Positions 33,544 through 43,833 of a stretch of 64,000 bases of DNA are shown piece after piece (position 1 is the stretch's first letter; every line of letters starts with the position of its first letter). The stretch spans positions 474,132 to 538,131 of the forward strand of contig CAZFHY010000001.1 of NCBI GenBank assembly GCA_964519305.1, written 5' to 3'. The translations under genes and the position numbers were made by a program. The DNA comes from Candidatus Undinarchaeota archaeon (GTDB taxonomy: Archaea > SpSt-1190 > JASMDC01). Under the pieces are notes generated by a model, which was given only the letters and a program-made list of their open reading frames with translations, was not told where the DNA came from and ran no database searches.

Positions 33544-34815
33544 TTGGATATCGGTAGTCTCAAAAACAGGATTGGTGAACTGGAGAAGCAGCGGAACGAC
33601 TGCTCGAAAGAGATTGACGAGTCGAAAGGTCGACGCGATCTCCTTAATCAGAAGATTCGTGAGTCTGCCGAGAGTATCAAAGAACTGCGCAAGTCTCGTG
33701 ATGAGGCCAACGCACAAGTGCGGGAACAGAAAGCGGAGCGCGCTCGCATCCAGAAGCTCGTGAACGATCAGCGGAGGGTAATGCGGGATAAGCGCGACCT
33801 GTTCCGCAAGATGATGAAGGACGCGCCCACGCGTATGAGCCCGCAGGAGATCAAGGAAACCATCGATAAGATGGAGTTCGAGTTCCAGACTAATGCCATG
33901 AGCATCGATCAGGAAAAGCGGTTCATGCAGAAGATCAAGACACTGGAGCGCACCTATCAGGTCAGGATGAAGGCGGAAGACGTCCATCAGGATATGATGA
34001 AGGCCGGTGATGAGCTGGACAAGCTCCGGGAGCAGGTGGAGACCGCTCACAAGAAAGTTGTCGAGTCCTCCGAGCTCTCGCAGCAGCACCATGAAGCTCT
34101 CATCGGCCTCTCCCGACAGATGGACCCCATGCGCCGGGACGCCGACGAATCACATCGTTCCATGGTCGCGTCATTGGAACGCAAGAAGGAGATCAATGGC
34201 AAGCTTGCCGAGGTCCGGAAACAACTGCTAGAGGTCAAGGCGGAACGTCAGGCCCATGACCTGGCCGAACGCGAGGCCGCCCTCAAACATAAGGCAGATG
34301 GTATCAAGGAGAAGTTGAAGGGAAAGAAGCGATTCGACCTTCGCCAACTCCAGATACTCGCCCAGACCGGTGAGGGCTTCTCCTTCGGAGGCGATGACGG
34401 CGAAGCTGTGAATATCGAAGGTAAGAGGGACTTCAAGAAGAGGAAGGCCGCGGAGAAGACTGAATCGAAGACGAAGGCTCCACCCAAGAAGGAGTCCAAG
34501 GTCGAAGAGGCCTCCGAGAAACCAGCGCCGAAAAAGAAGACACCGACAAAGAAGAAGGCCCCTCCCAAAAAGGAGTCCAAGGTCGAAGAAGCCTCCGAGA
34601 AACCGGCACCGAAAAAGAAGACGCCGGCAAAGAAAAAGGCCCCATCCAAAAAGGAGTCCAAGGTCAAAGAGGCCTCCGAGAAACCGGTGCCGAAAAAGAA
34701 GACACCGGCAAAGAAGAAGGAGGTGCCCCCTGTAGAGGACGCACAACCCACAACTCCGTTAGCGATCTCAAAGGACGCGCAGCTCGAGGAAGCCCTACAG
34801 GTCGAGGACATCTAG
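33544..34815 (+). CDS. Archaeal coiled-coil protein (COG1340-like) with Lys/Pro-rich repetitive tail
   Basis: Long heptads, MEFEFQT..SIDQEKRF motif, KLKGKKRFDL; TTG start uncertain. Confidence 0.8.
   Translation: MDIGSLKNRIGELEKQRNDCSKEIDESKGRRDLLNQKIRESAESIKELRKSRDEANAQVREQKAERARIQKLVNDQRRVMRDKRDLFRKMMKDAPTRMSPQEIKETIDKMEFEFQTNAMSIDQEKRFMQKIKTLERTYQVRMKAEDVHQDMMKAGDELDKLREQVETAHKKVVESSELSQQHHEALIGLSRQMDPMRRDADESHRSMVASLERKKEINGKLAEVRKQLLEVKAERQAHDLAEREAALKHKADGIKEKLKGKKRFDLRQLQILAQTGEGFSFGGDDGEAVNIEGKRDFKKRKAAEKTESKTKAPPKKESKVEEASEKPAPKKKTPTKKKAPPKKESKVEEASEKPAPKKKTPAKKKAPSKKESKVKEASEKPVPKKKTPAKKKEVPPVEDAQPTTPLAISKDAQLEEALQVEDI
34477..34719 (+). repeat. 3 x 81-bp tandem repeat (27-aa unit APPKKESKVEEASEKPAPKKKTPxKKK)
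   Basis: Units start at 34477, 34558 and 34639. Confidence 0.92.
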
Positions 34816-34879
34816 ATTCTTCGAAGTAGTCCTGTGACTATTCTTATGGTTCTTTCCGGAGAGTGGATGCGTTATTGGA

Positions 34880-35242
34880 CTATGCCTCGTCCGTATCCTC
34901 TTTCTCCGCCTGACGCCGTCGCTCCTCGATCATCTGCTCGATCTTTGAACCGCCGATCTTTCCAGATATGTATCCCACTCCGAGACCGGTAACTATACCA
35001 GCTGAGCCTCCGACGAACCTGTAGTTCTTGAGGACCTCTTCATCCTCGATCCCCTTGTACGCGGCGTACTGATCGGAGAGGAAGTTGCCCAGATGGTAGC
35101 CGCCATACACGAACAGGGTCGATGTACCCGCTATGGTGGCCATCTGAGTACCTGTAAGGTCTTCCGTGATGGCATACCCCTCCAAGGCATCGCAAGCCCC
35201 CTGGCCTGCGGTTTCAAGATCATCAAGGTCAATATCATACAT
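34880..35242 (-). CDS. Hypothetical small acidic protein with two Gly-rich hydrophobic segments
   Basis: 120 aa; AGGGG RBS-like site and promoter GAAAGGTATAAATA upstream. Confidence 0.7.
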   Translation of the reverse strand: MYDIDLDDLETAGQGACDALEGYAITEDLTGTQMATIAGTSTLFVYGGYHLGNFLSDQYAAYKGIEDEEVLKNYRFVGGSAGIVTGLGVGYISGKIGGSKIEQMIEERRRQAEKEDTDEA

Positions 35243-35425
35243 AGCGCTATCCCCTGTGATGGAAGGCGGCAGGAGAGGCCGTATTTATACCTTTCGACAA
35301 GCGGGCGCGATCACCATAAGAGGATACCGAACAAGTAGCCCGCTCAGCTTCGGACCGTTCAAGCCTGCTAGAGGCTCCTGAAGGCCCACGACACGCTTAA
35401 GAACCTAATCCCCGTACCGAGCGGT

Positions 35426-36640
35426 ATGACGGATATCAAGCGCATCGGCATCCTCACGAGCGGCGGTGACTGTGGCGGTCTCAACGCAGTCATCAAGGGC
35501 ACTGCCCGTATGGCCAATGCCCTCGGCATCGAGGCCTATGTCATCCCGAACGGCTACGCCGGCCTCTACAACCTCGTGGAGTTCGAGAGCCTGACGCTAC
35601 TCACGTCCGACCGTATCGACAACGTGAACGCCGCGCTCGCGGGTTCCGAGGCAGGCCACTCGCGCGTCAAGATCAGGAAGATCAAGGACGAGGGCAAGTA
35701 CGATCGAATAAAGAAAGGCTTGGCCAAGTTCAGCATCGACGCCCTGGTCATCTCCGGCGGGGACGACTCCGGGTCAGTGATGGTCGACCTGGACGCTCAA
35801 GGTATCCCCTGCATCCATGTCCCCAAGACAATGGACCTGGACCTCCAGACCTACAGCGTCGGGGCCGATTCCACCATCAACCGCATCGCAAACTTCACCG
35901 AGGACCTCAAGACCACCGGCCGTACCCACAATCGGGTCATCGTGCTCGAGGTGTTCGGCCGATATGCCGGACATACGGCATTTCGGGGAGGTATCGGTGC
36001 TGACGCGGACTGCATCCTCATCCCCGAGATCCCGGCCGACTTCGACGTCGTGTACGAGCACGTGAAGAAGGTTTACATGGACAGGATCCGCGCCAGCGAT
36101 GTCAATGCCGGTACTTACATACTCATCGTTGCCGAGGGCCTGCGGGACGCCAGCGGTAAGGAGCTGGTGGACGAGAGCGCAGGTGTTGACGCCTTCGGTC
36201 ACAAGAAGCTTGCGGGTGCGGGCAAATTCGTCCGACAGGAGCTGTCCCGACGCTTCGCGGCAGACCCCGAGGTCCCCGTCTTCATGAAAGAACAGGGGCT
36301 CTTCGTGGAAGGGCTCTACGTGGCACCCGAGGTGCGCGAGGTGCGTCCCGGTCACCTTGTGCGCTGCGGACGGTCCTCTGCTTTCGATGTGAACTTCGGT
36401 AAGGAGGGAGGGGCCGCGGCCATCCACCTCCTTCTCGAAGGCCTTTCGGGCGTCAGTGTGGTAGAGGTGGACGGCAGTAGCATCCTCTACAAACCTACTG
36501 CTGAGGTCATCGAACAGCGCCATGTGGACCTGGACCTCGTCTCGCTCTACGAGGCACAGGGAGTGTGCTTCGGCCGAGAGCCGAAACCCTTCCGCCCAGC
36601 TGTAACGAAGCAGGAAGGGAAGGTCTGGCGCCACCTCTGA
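35426..36640 (+). CDS. pfp: PfkA-family phosphofructokinase, probably PPi-dependent
   Basis: TSGGDCGGLN, GGDDS and PKTMDLD (Asp/Lys pair typical of PPi enzymes), EVFGRYAG, AEG, DAFGH. Confidence 0.85.
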   Translation: MTDIKRIGILTSGGDCGGLNAVIKGTARMANALGIEAYVIPNGYAGLYNLVEFESLTLLTSDRIDNVNAALAGSEAGHSRVKIRKIKDEGKYDRIKKGLAKFSIDALVISGGDDSGSVMVDLDAQGIPCIHVPKTMDLDLQTYSVGADSTINRIANFTEDLKTTGRTHNRVIVLEVFGRYAGHTAFRGGIGADADCILIPEIPADFDVVYEHVKKVYMDRIRASDVNAGTYILIVAEGLRDASGKELVDESAGVDAFGHKKLAGAGKFVRQELSRRFAADPEVPVFMKEQGLFVEGLYVAPEVREVRPGHLVRCGRSSAFDVNFGKEGGAAAIHLLLEGLSGVSVVEVDGSSILYKPTAEVIEQRHVDLDLVSLYEAQGVCFGREPKPFRPAVTKQEGKVWRHL

Positions 36641-36686
36641 GACTACAGGATCCGCGTCAATGAACGCGGGAATGATGCTCTCGAGC

Positions 36687-37835
36687 TCACTTGGCCAGTT
36701 CCCGGTAGACCGCCAGAGTCCCCTCACACATGGCCTTTCGGTCGAACCGTCCCGCTCGTTCACGAGCTGCCTTCCCGAACGAGACACCGCGGTCATTTTT
36801 CGCCAACAGCTCGACTAGTGCCTCGCCGAAGGCGTACCGGTCACGTGGATCGCGAACCAGTCCGCTAACCTCGTCCTCTACGAGCTCGGCACACCCTCCC
36901 TGGGACGAGACCAGCACCGGTCTACCCCTGGCCATAGCCTCTAGGCCGACCACACCGAATGGTTCGTAGAGAGATGGGAGGACCACGACGTCGGCGGCAT
37001 CAAGTAATCCCCACTTGTGGGCCGAATCGAGAGTCTGCGGTATGAAGTGGATGCGAGAGGCCAAACCCTTGGCCCGTGCGTTGGCCTTCAAGGTCTCGGT
37101 ATCCGGGCCGCTCCCCGCGTACACCAGCTGACAGTCGTCCAGCTTGCGCGCGGCGAACGAAAAGGCGGATAGGAGCTCCCGGCATCCTTTTGGCTTGGTA
37201 ATCCGCCCGATGAACACGGCAAGAGGCGCGTCCCCCAATCCCATCGAGTGTCGGACTTCCTTCGCTTCCATGGCAGGAGCGGCCGCGATGTCCTTGATGG
37301 GGAGCCCGTGTGCTACGTGCCTGAGCTTTTCCCCAGCACATCCAAGGTCCCGGGCTTCCTTAGCCATGAACTCCGATGCTACGACCACGAGGTCCGCGGC
37401 CTCCACGGCACGTCGCTCCAGCTTCGCGAGCTGGGGGCTCCCAGCTCCAAGGGACCGACCTTTTTCGGTCGAGTGGAGCGTGATTAAGAAAGGGACACTC
37501 TTGGCCGCAGCCAGTGCGGGGGCAGCGATGGCGCCGAGCCAGTCGTGGGCATGGACGAGGTCAGTGGGCTCCTCCAGTGCCGCGTGATAGGCTGCGAGGT
37601 TGTATGCTGCGATATTGGCCATGAACCGTGCTGTGCGATCCCCACCGAAAAGCTCGGCCAGATAGGGTCCGACCGGGGCGGGCACCACGGTATGGATTCG
37701 AGGATCATCCACCTTCGAGCGGGCATAGATAGTAACATCCGCATCTGCCATTCCCCTCATCAGGCCTTCCACATGGACCATGAGACCAGATGGTGCTCCG
37801 GGCACGTACTCGGGCACGAGCATCGATGCTTTCAT
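36687..37835 (-). CDS. GT4 glycosyltransferase (GT-B, possible alpha-glucan synthase)
   Basis: GLMVHV, HAHDW, TLHSTE, GRITKPKG, PSLYEPFGVVGLEAMA. Confidence 0.9.
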   Translation of the reverse strand: MKASMLVPEYVPGAPSGLMVHVEGLMRGMADADVTIYARSKVDDPRIHTVVPAPVGPYLAELFGGDRTARFMANIAAYNLAAYHAALEEPTDLVHAHDWLGAIAAPALAAAKSVPFLITLHSTEKGRSLGAGSPQLAKLERRAVEAADLVVVASEFMAKEARDLGCAGEKLRHVAHGLPIKDIAAAPAMEAKEVRHSMGLGDAPLAVFIGRITKPKGCRELLSAFSFAARKLDDCQLVYAGSGPDTETLKANARAKGLASRIHFIPQTLDSAHKWGLLDAADVVVLPSLYEPFGVVGLEAMARGRPVLVSSQGGCAELVEDEVSGLVRDPRDRYAFGEALVELLAKNDRGVSFGKAARERAGRFDRKAMCEGTLAVYRELAK

Positions 37836-38611
37836 TCACCCTCACCCCCCTCAAAGAGATACGGGTAGAATGACTCCTGGAACTTTTCCGTGTGCCTTCC
37901 AGACCACCAGTAGTCAACGTAGCCCCGACCGAAGGCCAGGAATCCGGCCAGACGCGTTCCCAGTGACATGGGAGGCTCGTCAACGCCCAAGAAAAGGAGC
38001 TTATCGTCCACAAGAAGAAGAGTGAGGGCAAGGCCCTCACCTCCGATGAATCTTATCATGGCCTCTGCATCAGGGAAACGACCCTGAGCCTCCTCGCATG
38101 CCAGAACCCGTACATCGATCCCCCGTGACCGGGCGTCCGATAGCGCGGGCCCGATCCCTGACATGAGCTCGAGTCGTGGGTCTATTGCATGCACCGTTGC
38201 CGATGCGGTCCCCACAGCGTCGCGTGTGGCCGTCACCAAGGCCTTTCTGTTCGGTAAGAACCAGAGCTCACCTACTTCCTGAGGACCCCCACGAGATGCG
38301 AACAACTGGCCAAGCTCGGCGATTCTCTTCTCGGCCTCCTCTAAATGCTCCCGCTGCTTCGTGACGCGTGGCCCGAGACGGTCAGGAGGGAGAGGTGCAT
38401 ACCGCTTTGGACGCTCGGGTATGACGCGGGCGAGCCCTGCATCGACGAGACGGTTGAGCACATCGTAGACCTTGGACTGAGGGATACCGCTCTCCCGTGT
38501 CACAGCGCTCGGTTTCGCCTCACCAAGTCGTACCAATGCCTCGTAGGCTTTGGCCTCGTACTCGCTGAGACCCAGAAGGGAGAGTGCGTCCATCACCGAT
38601 AGTCCGGCCAT
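37832..38611 (-). CDS. trmB: TrmB-family transcriptional regulator
   Basis: LGLSEYEAKAY..GIPQSKVYDVLNRL wHTH + PLD-like effector domain; 4-bp overlap with GT4. Confidence 0.9.
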   Translation of the reverse strand: MAGLSVMDALSLLGLSEYEAKAYEALVRLGEAKPSAVTRESGIPQSKVYDVLNRLVDAGLARVIPERPKRYAPLPPDRLGPRVTKQREHLEEAEKRIAELGQLFASRGGPQEVGELWFLPNRKALVTATRDAVGTASATVHAIDPRLELMSGIGPALSDARSRGIDVRVLACEEAQGRFPDAEAMIRFIGGEGLALTLLLVDDKLLFLGVDEPPMSLGTRLAGFLAFGRGYVDYWWSGRHTEKFQESFYPYLFEGGEGE

Positions 38612-38646
38612 GGTTTTCCATCGCCATGCACCTTTTTATGTGAGGA

Positions 38647-38677
38647 TTGAGTATTTGTTACTACTCAACAGTAGTTA
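38647..38677. promoter_or_regulatory. Nested palindromes, candidate TrmB operator between trmB and GH15
   Basis: TTGAGTA-N8-TACTCAA (38647-38668) overlapping ACTACT-CAAC-AGTAGT (38660-38675). Confidence 0.65.
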
Positions 38678-38746
38678 GAACCCTTGCGGTGGTTCCAATC
38701 CCATAAATAAACCGCCTGACTATAATATATCGTGGATGGGGCGCCG

Positions 38747-40603
38747 ATGTTCGCATATCGTGACATGGGTAGTGAACGCGTCACTCCGGCCACCGCAGGC
38801 ACTCTCGAGGATTACGGGATGGTCGGCAACGGCGAGACAGTCTCGCTCATCAGCCCGTACGCATCCGTGGAGTGGCTGTGCACGAACCGGTTCGACGAGG
38901 ACCCGGTTTTCGCCCGCCGTATCGGAGGAGGCTACCTGGACATGTCCGTGCAGTACGGCGGTCGGACCGTGGCCCTCAAGGACCTGGGCGATGCTCAGCA
39001 GGAGTACGTCAAGGATACCAACGTGCTCCACACCACCGTGGAGAACGACGATCTCAGGGTCGACGTGTTCGACGCCATGCCCTGGGGTCGGAAATACCTG
39101 GGCCGCCGCGTCGTCGTGACCTCCAAGGGCGAGGACCGTGACGTGGCGATCAAGCTCAATTCTGAACAGAGCCGCTACCCCGGTCTGGCCGAGAAGTCGG
39201 TGTACGACCGGGCTAACGATGTCACCCTCTACGAGAACAAGATCTCATCTGTGGCCATCGCCGCGGACCGCAAGGCCCATCGTGGTGCGTACGGCCTCGG
39301 GACGATCGAGCATGACAAGACCTCGACCTTCGATCTGGTCGTCGCCTACGGTAGGGACCGTGATACTGCTGTCCAAGAGGCCAAGCGCGGTCAGCGTCTT
39401 GACATGAAGGCCGTTATCGAGCAGGAGGCCACCTACTGGCACGACTGGCTCGGGGACGCCAAGTCCTACACACACGACGTCCGTCGTGGCCTGCTCGCCA
39501 TGAAGCTCCTCACATACGAGGCGACGGGCGCCATGGTGGCCGCTCCCACCGCGTCATTCCCGGCCGTGCCGGGGGGCGAGGACAACTGGGACTACCGGTT
39601 CTGCTGGCTCCGCGACGGGTTCCTTGGTGCCGAGGCATTCGACCGGGCCGGTAAGCATAAGGAGGCCGGGGCGTTCTACGACTGGGCCTTCAAGATCCAG
39701 GGGAAGGACGGCCACTGGGCCCACCCCCTCTACGGTATCGACGGCAAGTCCGCCAAGGAGGAGTTCTCCGTCCACGCGCTCCAGGGCCCCAAGGGGGAGA
39801 AGCCCATCCGGTTCGGTAATGCCGCCAAGGACCAGCTCCAGCTCGACAGCGAGGGTAGCATCCTGGACGGTGTGCTCACCCACTACAAGGCGAGCGGCGA
39901 CAAGGCGTTCCTCGAACAGCACTACACCGGTATCAAGAAGGCCGCGAACTGGATCGAGAAGAACTGGCATCGCAAGGAGAACGGCATCTGGGAGGTGCGC
40001 GACGACGACAACGAGGGCGGTGACGTCTGGTGGCGCACGGGTAAGTCCAACTGGGCGTACGGCAAGACCATGTGCTTCGCCGGGCTCAACGCAGCCGCCG
40101 AGATCGCCGACATACTGGGCAAGGACCAGAAGGACGCCGCTCGATGGCGCGGAACCGCTGACGTCGTGAAGGAGGATGTCGTCCAGAAGGTTTGGTCCGA
40201 TGACAAGGGCGCCTACACACAGGGCTACGAGCGGGACGTCATCGACATCTCGGTCCTCCCAATGGTGTTCTACGGAATGGTCGACGCCAACGATCCCAGG
40301 ATGGTCCAGACAGCAGAGGTCATGGAGAAGGCCCTGCTCAAGCGGGGTGGCATCGCCCGTCACGAGGACGCCGACCTCCCCTTCTACCTTCCTACTCTTT
40401 GGCTGGCCCGCTACCACATCCGGGCCGGTAACGAGGCGCGTGCAGAGGAGCTCATCGAGACCTGCCGCACCGCGTCAACCACCCTCGGCCTCATGGCCGA
40501 GCACTACGACGGCGTCACTGGCGGCCAGTGGGGCAATTTCCCCCAGCTATTCTCCCATGAGGAGATGGTCAAGGCGTCGATGGAGCTCCACGGTAAAGAG
40601 TAG
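38747..40603 (+). CDS. GH15 glycoside hydrolase (glucoamylase/trehalase type)
   Basis: LEDYGMVGN, GAMVAAPTAS, WDYRFCWLRD, IRFGNAA, QLQLD, GIWEVR, GLMAEH, GNFPQLFSH. Confidence 0.93.
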   Translation: MFAYRDMGSERVTPATAGTLEDYGMVGNGETVSLISPYASVEWLCTNRFDEDPVFARRIGGGYLDMSVQYGGRTVALKDLGDAQQEYVKDTNVLHTTVENDDLRVDVFDAMPWGRKYLGRRVVVTSKGEDRDVAIKLNSEQSRYPGLAEKSVYDRANDVTLYENKISSVAIAADRKAHRGAYGLGTIEHDKTSTFDLVVAYGRDRDTAVQEAKRGQRLDMKAVIEQEATYWHDWLGDAKSYTHDVRRGLLAMKLLTYEATGAMVAAPTASFPAVPGGEDNWDYRFCWLRDGFLGAEAFDRAGKHKEAGAFYDWAFKIQGKDGHWAHPLYGIDGKSAKEEFSVHALQGPKGEKPIRFGNAAKDQLQLDSEGSILDGVLTHYKASGDKAFLEQHYTGIKKAANWIEKNWHRKENGIWEVRDDDNEGGDVWWRTGKSNWAYGKTMCFAGLNAAAEIADILGKDQKDAARWRGTADVVKEDVVQKVWSDDKGAYTQGYERDVIDISVLPMVFYGMVDANDPRMVQTAEVMEKALLKRGGIARHEDADLPFYLPTLWLARYHIRAGNEARAEELIETCRTASTTLGLMAEHYDGVTGGQWGNFPQLFSHEEMVKASMELHGKE

Positions 40604-40620
40604 TGGAGCGGATCCCGGCC

Positions 40621-42858
40621 CTAGATCCCCGCCGGGTACCGTCGCCGGTCGGATAGCTCAGCGACCTTGCCCGCGTTCCAGCCTGACACTTTCTGGTAGT
40701 AGCCGGTGATACGGGAGTACCCGTCCACGTTCTTTGATGTGCACTTCACGCACGAGGTCACCAGTTCCGGGTGGACCGAGTCACAATCGCAACAGAGAGT
40801 AAAGTCCTTGGTGTAGGCGAAGTAGCCCGTTAGCGTGTTGCTAAGGATGCGCTCGGTGAGGCTGTTCAGTGCGTCAGGGGAGGGGTGGGCCTCACCTAGC
40901 CAGATGTGGGTCATAGCACCACCCGAGAGCAGCGGGTGGAATGCAGCCTCACGCTTGATGCGCTCGAAGAGCGGGATGTCAGCAGAGGGCCTGATATGGG
41001 TGGAATTGGTATAGTACGCACCACCGTTCACGGGATCACCCTGATAGAAGGCCTTTGCACCATGTCGCTTGATATCGAGATTTGCTAGTCGGTTCGCCGT
41101 GCTCTCCGCAGGCGTGCGGGAAACGCCGAACAGCAGCCCCGTCTCCTCGGAGAACTCGTTGCAGATGCCGGACATCTCTTTGATGGCGTTAAGGCCGAAG
41201 GCCCATGCCCCGGTCGACTCGTGAAGTTCATCACCAGTGTGGAGTTTGACCATCTCATTGAGACCGACCAGGCCGATCTCCAAGGCCTGCTTGTCCACCT
41301 CGAGGTACGGGGTTCCCTTATCGTCAATAGGTTGTGAGAGGAAGGGGAGCGAGCCCTGTTCAATGCGCTTGTTGACTATGTCGCGCTTCACCACGTGAAC
41401 GTCGCGTGCGATGTTCATTCGCTCGTGCAGTAGCTCCATAAGTACCTCGTCACTACCCTTGGCCTCTAGGGCCAGGTTAGGGAGGTTGAGCGTGACCACC
41501 TGGAGCGCGCCGCCACGGACAGTGCCACGTAAGAGGTCAGCATCATCGTTCTGCTCCGAGAGGGGCATCATGAACGAGCAGCACTGGTAGCAGGCGTACT
41601 CCGGCATGTAGTCCTGCTGTAGGAAGTAGTATGGAGTGCCGAACTTCGCCGCAAGAGCGTCCACGGCCCTGATGTCATCGGGACGTTCCTTGAGGTCCTC
41701 CTTGGTGACCTTCACCTCGCATTTCGGGAAGTTGAAGGGCTTTCCCTTGTAATCACCCTCGGAGAACACCTCGATAATGGCCTTGAAGAACTGATTGGTC
41801 TCCTTCTGGAAGTCACCATAAGTGATGTTCTTATCGACCTTCCCTCCAGGGAGCACTGCGGGGACATCGAGCAGTTGTTTAGGTACGGAGGGCTCTATAT
41901 CGATGGACGAGAACACGGTCTGGCCGCCTCGTGCGACATAGATCTGGCTCATCTCGTAGATGAACATCTGGGCCAGCTGCTTCATCTCCTTGTAGGACTT
42001 CCCCTTCATGTAGGGGGCAAGGAGGGTGTTGAACCAGTTGTATCCCTGGCCTCCGGCACAGTTAGTCTGGGCCGAGGCAAGCACCTTGGTCGCATGGAGG
42101 ATGGCCACAGCGGCGTGATTGGCGGGTCCGGCCGATGCGGAATGGATGCCGGAACCGTCGGCGTTGTAGCCGTTGCGCAGGAAGAAGCGCATATCATGTG
42201 AGAAGCAGAACGGTCTGAGCACGAAGTAGTCCAGATCGTGGATGTGGATCTTGCCTTGGAGGTGAGCGTCGGCCGCGTACTGGGGGAGGGCATTGAGCAG
42301 AGCGTACTCCTTGAACAGGTGGTCGCCGGCCAGCTTGTGGATGGTCTCCGAGTTGTACTGGAGGTTCGCGTTCTCCCGGGACCGGTTCTCCACGAGGCTC
42401 GTGAGGTCGAACACAGGCATTCCCACCCGCGTGTACACCGACCGCTCGGTCTCATGACCCCGCTTCAGAAGCTCGAAGTTGACGATCTCACGGATCATGG
42501 GCGCTGATACAAAGGCCAGCTTGTTCTTCTTCAGGAAGCGTTCCACTTCACAGCCGATATCGTGAGCGTCCGAGCGCTTGATCCCCGTCTCCTTCACGAG
42601 CGAATCCTCCACCCGATAGCGGGCGAACCGCTCGTAGGACTCGCGGGACGTTCGGACGTATATCGGTGACACCTTCATGAACTTGGAGGCGGCCTTCCGG
42701 TCCCGCTTACGCAGCGCCTCGAAGATGAGGGGCTTGATGTCGCTCATCTTCATGTGGGGCTTGATGATGAGCTCGACCTCGCGGGTGACCTCCTCGGCTA
42801 CCTCATAAGTGGCGCCCGCGGACATGCACAAGGTTGCGATCTTATCTGGCTCGACCAT
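40621..42858 (-). CDS. nrdD: Anaerobic (class III) ribonucleoside-triphosphate reductase with ATP-cone(s)
   Basis: IHIHDLD, ARGGQTVFSS, FNFPK, TPAES, YYTNS, CxxC..CxxC, glycyl-radical loop SRITGYY. Confidence 0.95.
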   Translation of the reverse strand: MVEPDKIATLCMSAGATYEVAEEVTREVELIIKPHMKMSDIKPLIFEALRKRDRKAASKFMKVSPIYVRTSRESYERFARYRVEDSLVKETGIKRSDAHDIGCEVERFLKKNKLAFVSAPMIREIVNFELLKRGHETERSVYTRVGMPVFDLTSLVENRSRENANLQYNSETIHKLAGDHLFKEYALLNALPQYAADAHLQGKIHIHDLDYFVLRPFCFSHDMRFFLRNGYNADGSGIHSASAGPANHAAVAILHATKVLASAQTNCAGGQGYNWFNTLLAPYMKGKSYKEMKQLAQMFIYEMSQIYVARGGQTVFSSIDIEPSVPKQLLDVPAVLPGGKVDKNITYGDFQKETNQFFKAIIEVFSEGDYKGKPFNFPKCEVKVTKEDLKERPDDIRAVDALAAKFGTPYYFLQQDYMPEYACYQCCSFMMPLSEQNDDADLLRGTVRGGALQVVTLNLPNLALEAKGSDEVLMELLHERMNIARDVHVVKRDIVNKRIEQGSLPFLSQPIDDKGTPYLEVDKQALEIGLVGLNEMVKLHTGDELHESTGAWAFGLNAIKEMSGICNEFSEETGLLFGVSRTPAESTANRLANLDIKRHGAKAFYQGDPVNGGAYYTNSTHIRPSADIPLFERIKREAAFHPLLSGGAMTHIWLGEAHPSPDALNSLTERILSNTLTGYFAYTKDFTLCCDCDSVHPELVTSCVKCTSKNVDGYSRITGYYQKVSGWNAGKVAELSDRRRYPAGI

Positions 42859-43239
42859 CTCGGCCTCGATGAACCAGTAGGTCAGTTTATTGGGGTTGTG
42901 CATGGATGGATCTGGCGGGACCATTATAATCTTCCTTCTGTCCCTAGGATTCTGGGATGAGTTCCGCCCGGGGGTGGGGGTGGGTGGACTTACCCTTCTT
43001 CGAAGGGGTTAAAGATAGAATAAATGATTCTTTATATTTACATACTTGGGGGGTAGTGGACCGGTATTCCAAACCCACGGATATCGTGCTGAATTGGGCT
43101 CGGGGACCTCGTTTTTCGAAGTCTTTATAAACGCGGAGGCCGCTTGTCAAGGTACCCTTCAAAATACTATTTAATTAAGACTGTTCAGAAGGGGTCGGCA
43201 GACCACACACTTTTAAGCCTCACGCACGAGCCTTCGATC

Positions 43240-43809
43240 GTGCTCGAGGACATCTCAGGGTGCACGAAATGTGCCCTGGCCGAGCGGCGCGCCCGCATCG
43301 TGGTCGGTGACGGGGACGCCAGCGCTCGCGTCATGCTCATCGGTGAAGCCCCTGGTGCTAAGGAGGACCGCACAGGCAAGCCCTTCGTGGGCGCTGCGGG
43401 ACGGTTCCTGAACGAGCTCCTGGACGTGGCCGGACTGCGGCGTGAGGAGGTCTACATCACGAACGTCGTCAAGTGCAGACCGCCGGGGAACCGTGATCCG
43501 AAGCCCGAGGAGATCAGCGCCTGTCGCCCCTTTCTGGAGCGCCAGCTATCCGATGTCCGCCCCGATATGGTGATCACCCTCGGAAGGGTGGCTGCCAAGG
43601 ACTTCCTGGGAAGGAAGGTCTCGATCTCTCATGAACATGGGACCGTGGTCGAGCACGGCCTCCTCAGAGTGTTCCTTTCGTTCCACCCCGCGGCCGCCCT
43701 CTACAATCCAAAGCTCCGTGATGTGCTGGTCGAGGACTTCGGCCTACTGCGAGAAGCGCTGGAGAACCGAGGCGGCACCCAGGCAACTACTCTGGACCAG
43801 TTCTTCTGA
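43240..43809 (+). CDS. udg: Uracil-DNA glycosylase family 4 with C-terminal PIP box
   Basis: CTKC, GEAPG, PFVG, TNVVKCRPP, FHPAA; QATTLDQFF PCNA-interaction motif; GTG start after TTTTAAG. Confidence 0.93.
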   Translation: MLEDISGCTKCALAERRARIVVGDGDASARVMLIGEAPGAKEDRTGKPFVGAAGRFLNELLDVAGLRREEVYITNVVKCRPPGNRDPKPEEISACRPFLERQLSDVRPDMVITLGRVAAKDFLGRKVSISHEHGTVVEHGLLRVFLSFHPAAALYNPKLRDVLVEDFGLLREALENRGGTQATTLDQFF

Positions 43810-43833
43810 TCTTGAGCCCGATAAGGCGTGTCC

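Noticed and set aside
34477-34719. Tandem repeats as a CRISPR array
   Set aside because: They are in-frame coding repeats without unique spacers; no cas genes in the window.
42860-43240. AT-rich intergenic region with a G-run as replication origin or G-quadruplex
   Set aside because: No repeated ORB boxes or adjacent orc1/cdc6; divergent nrdD/udg promoters explain it.
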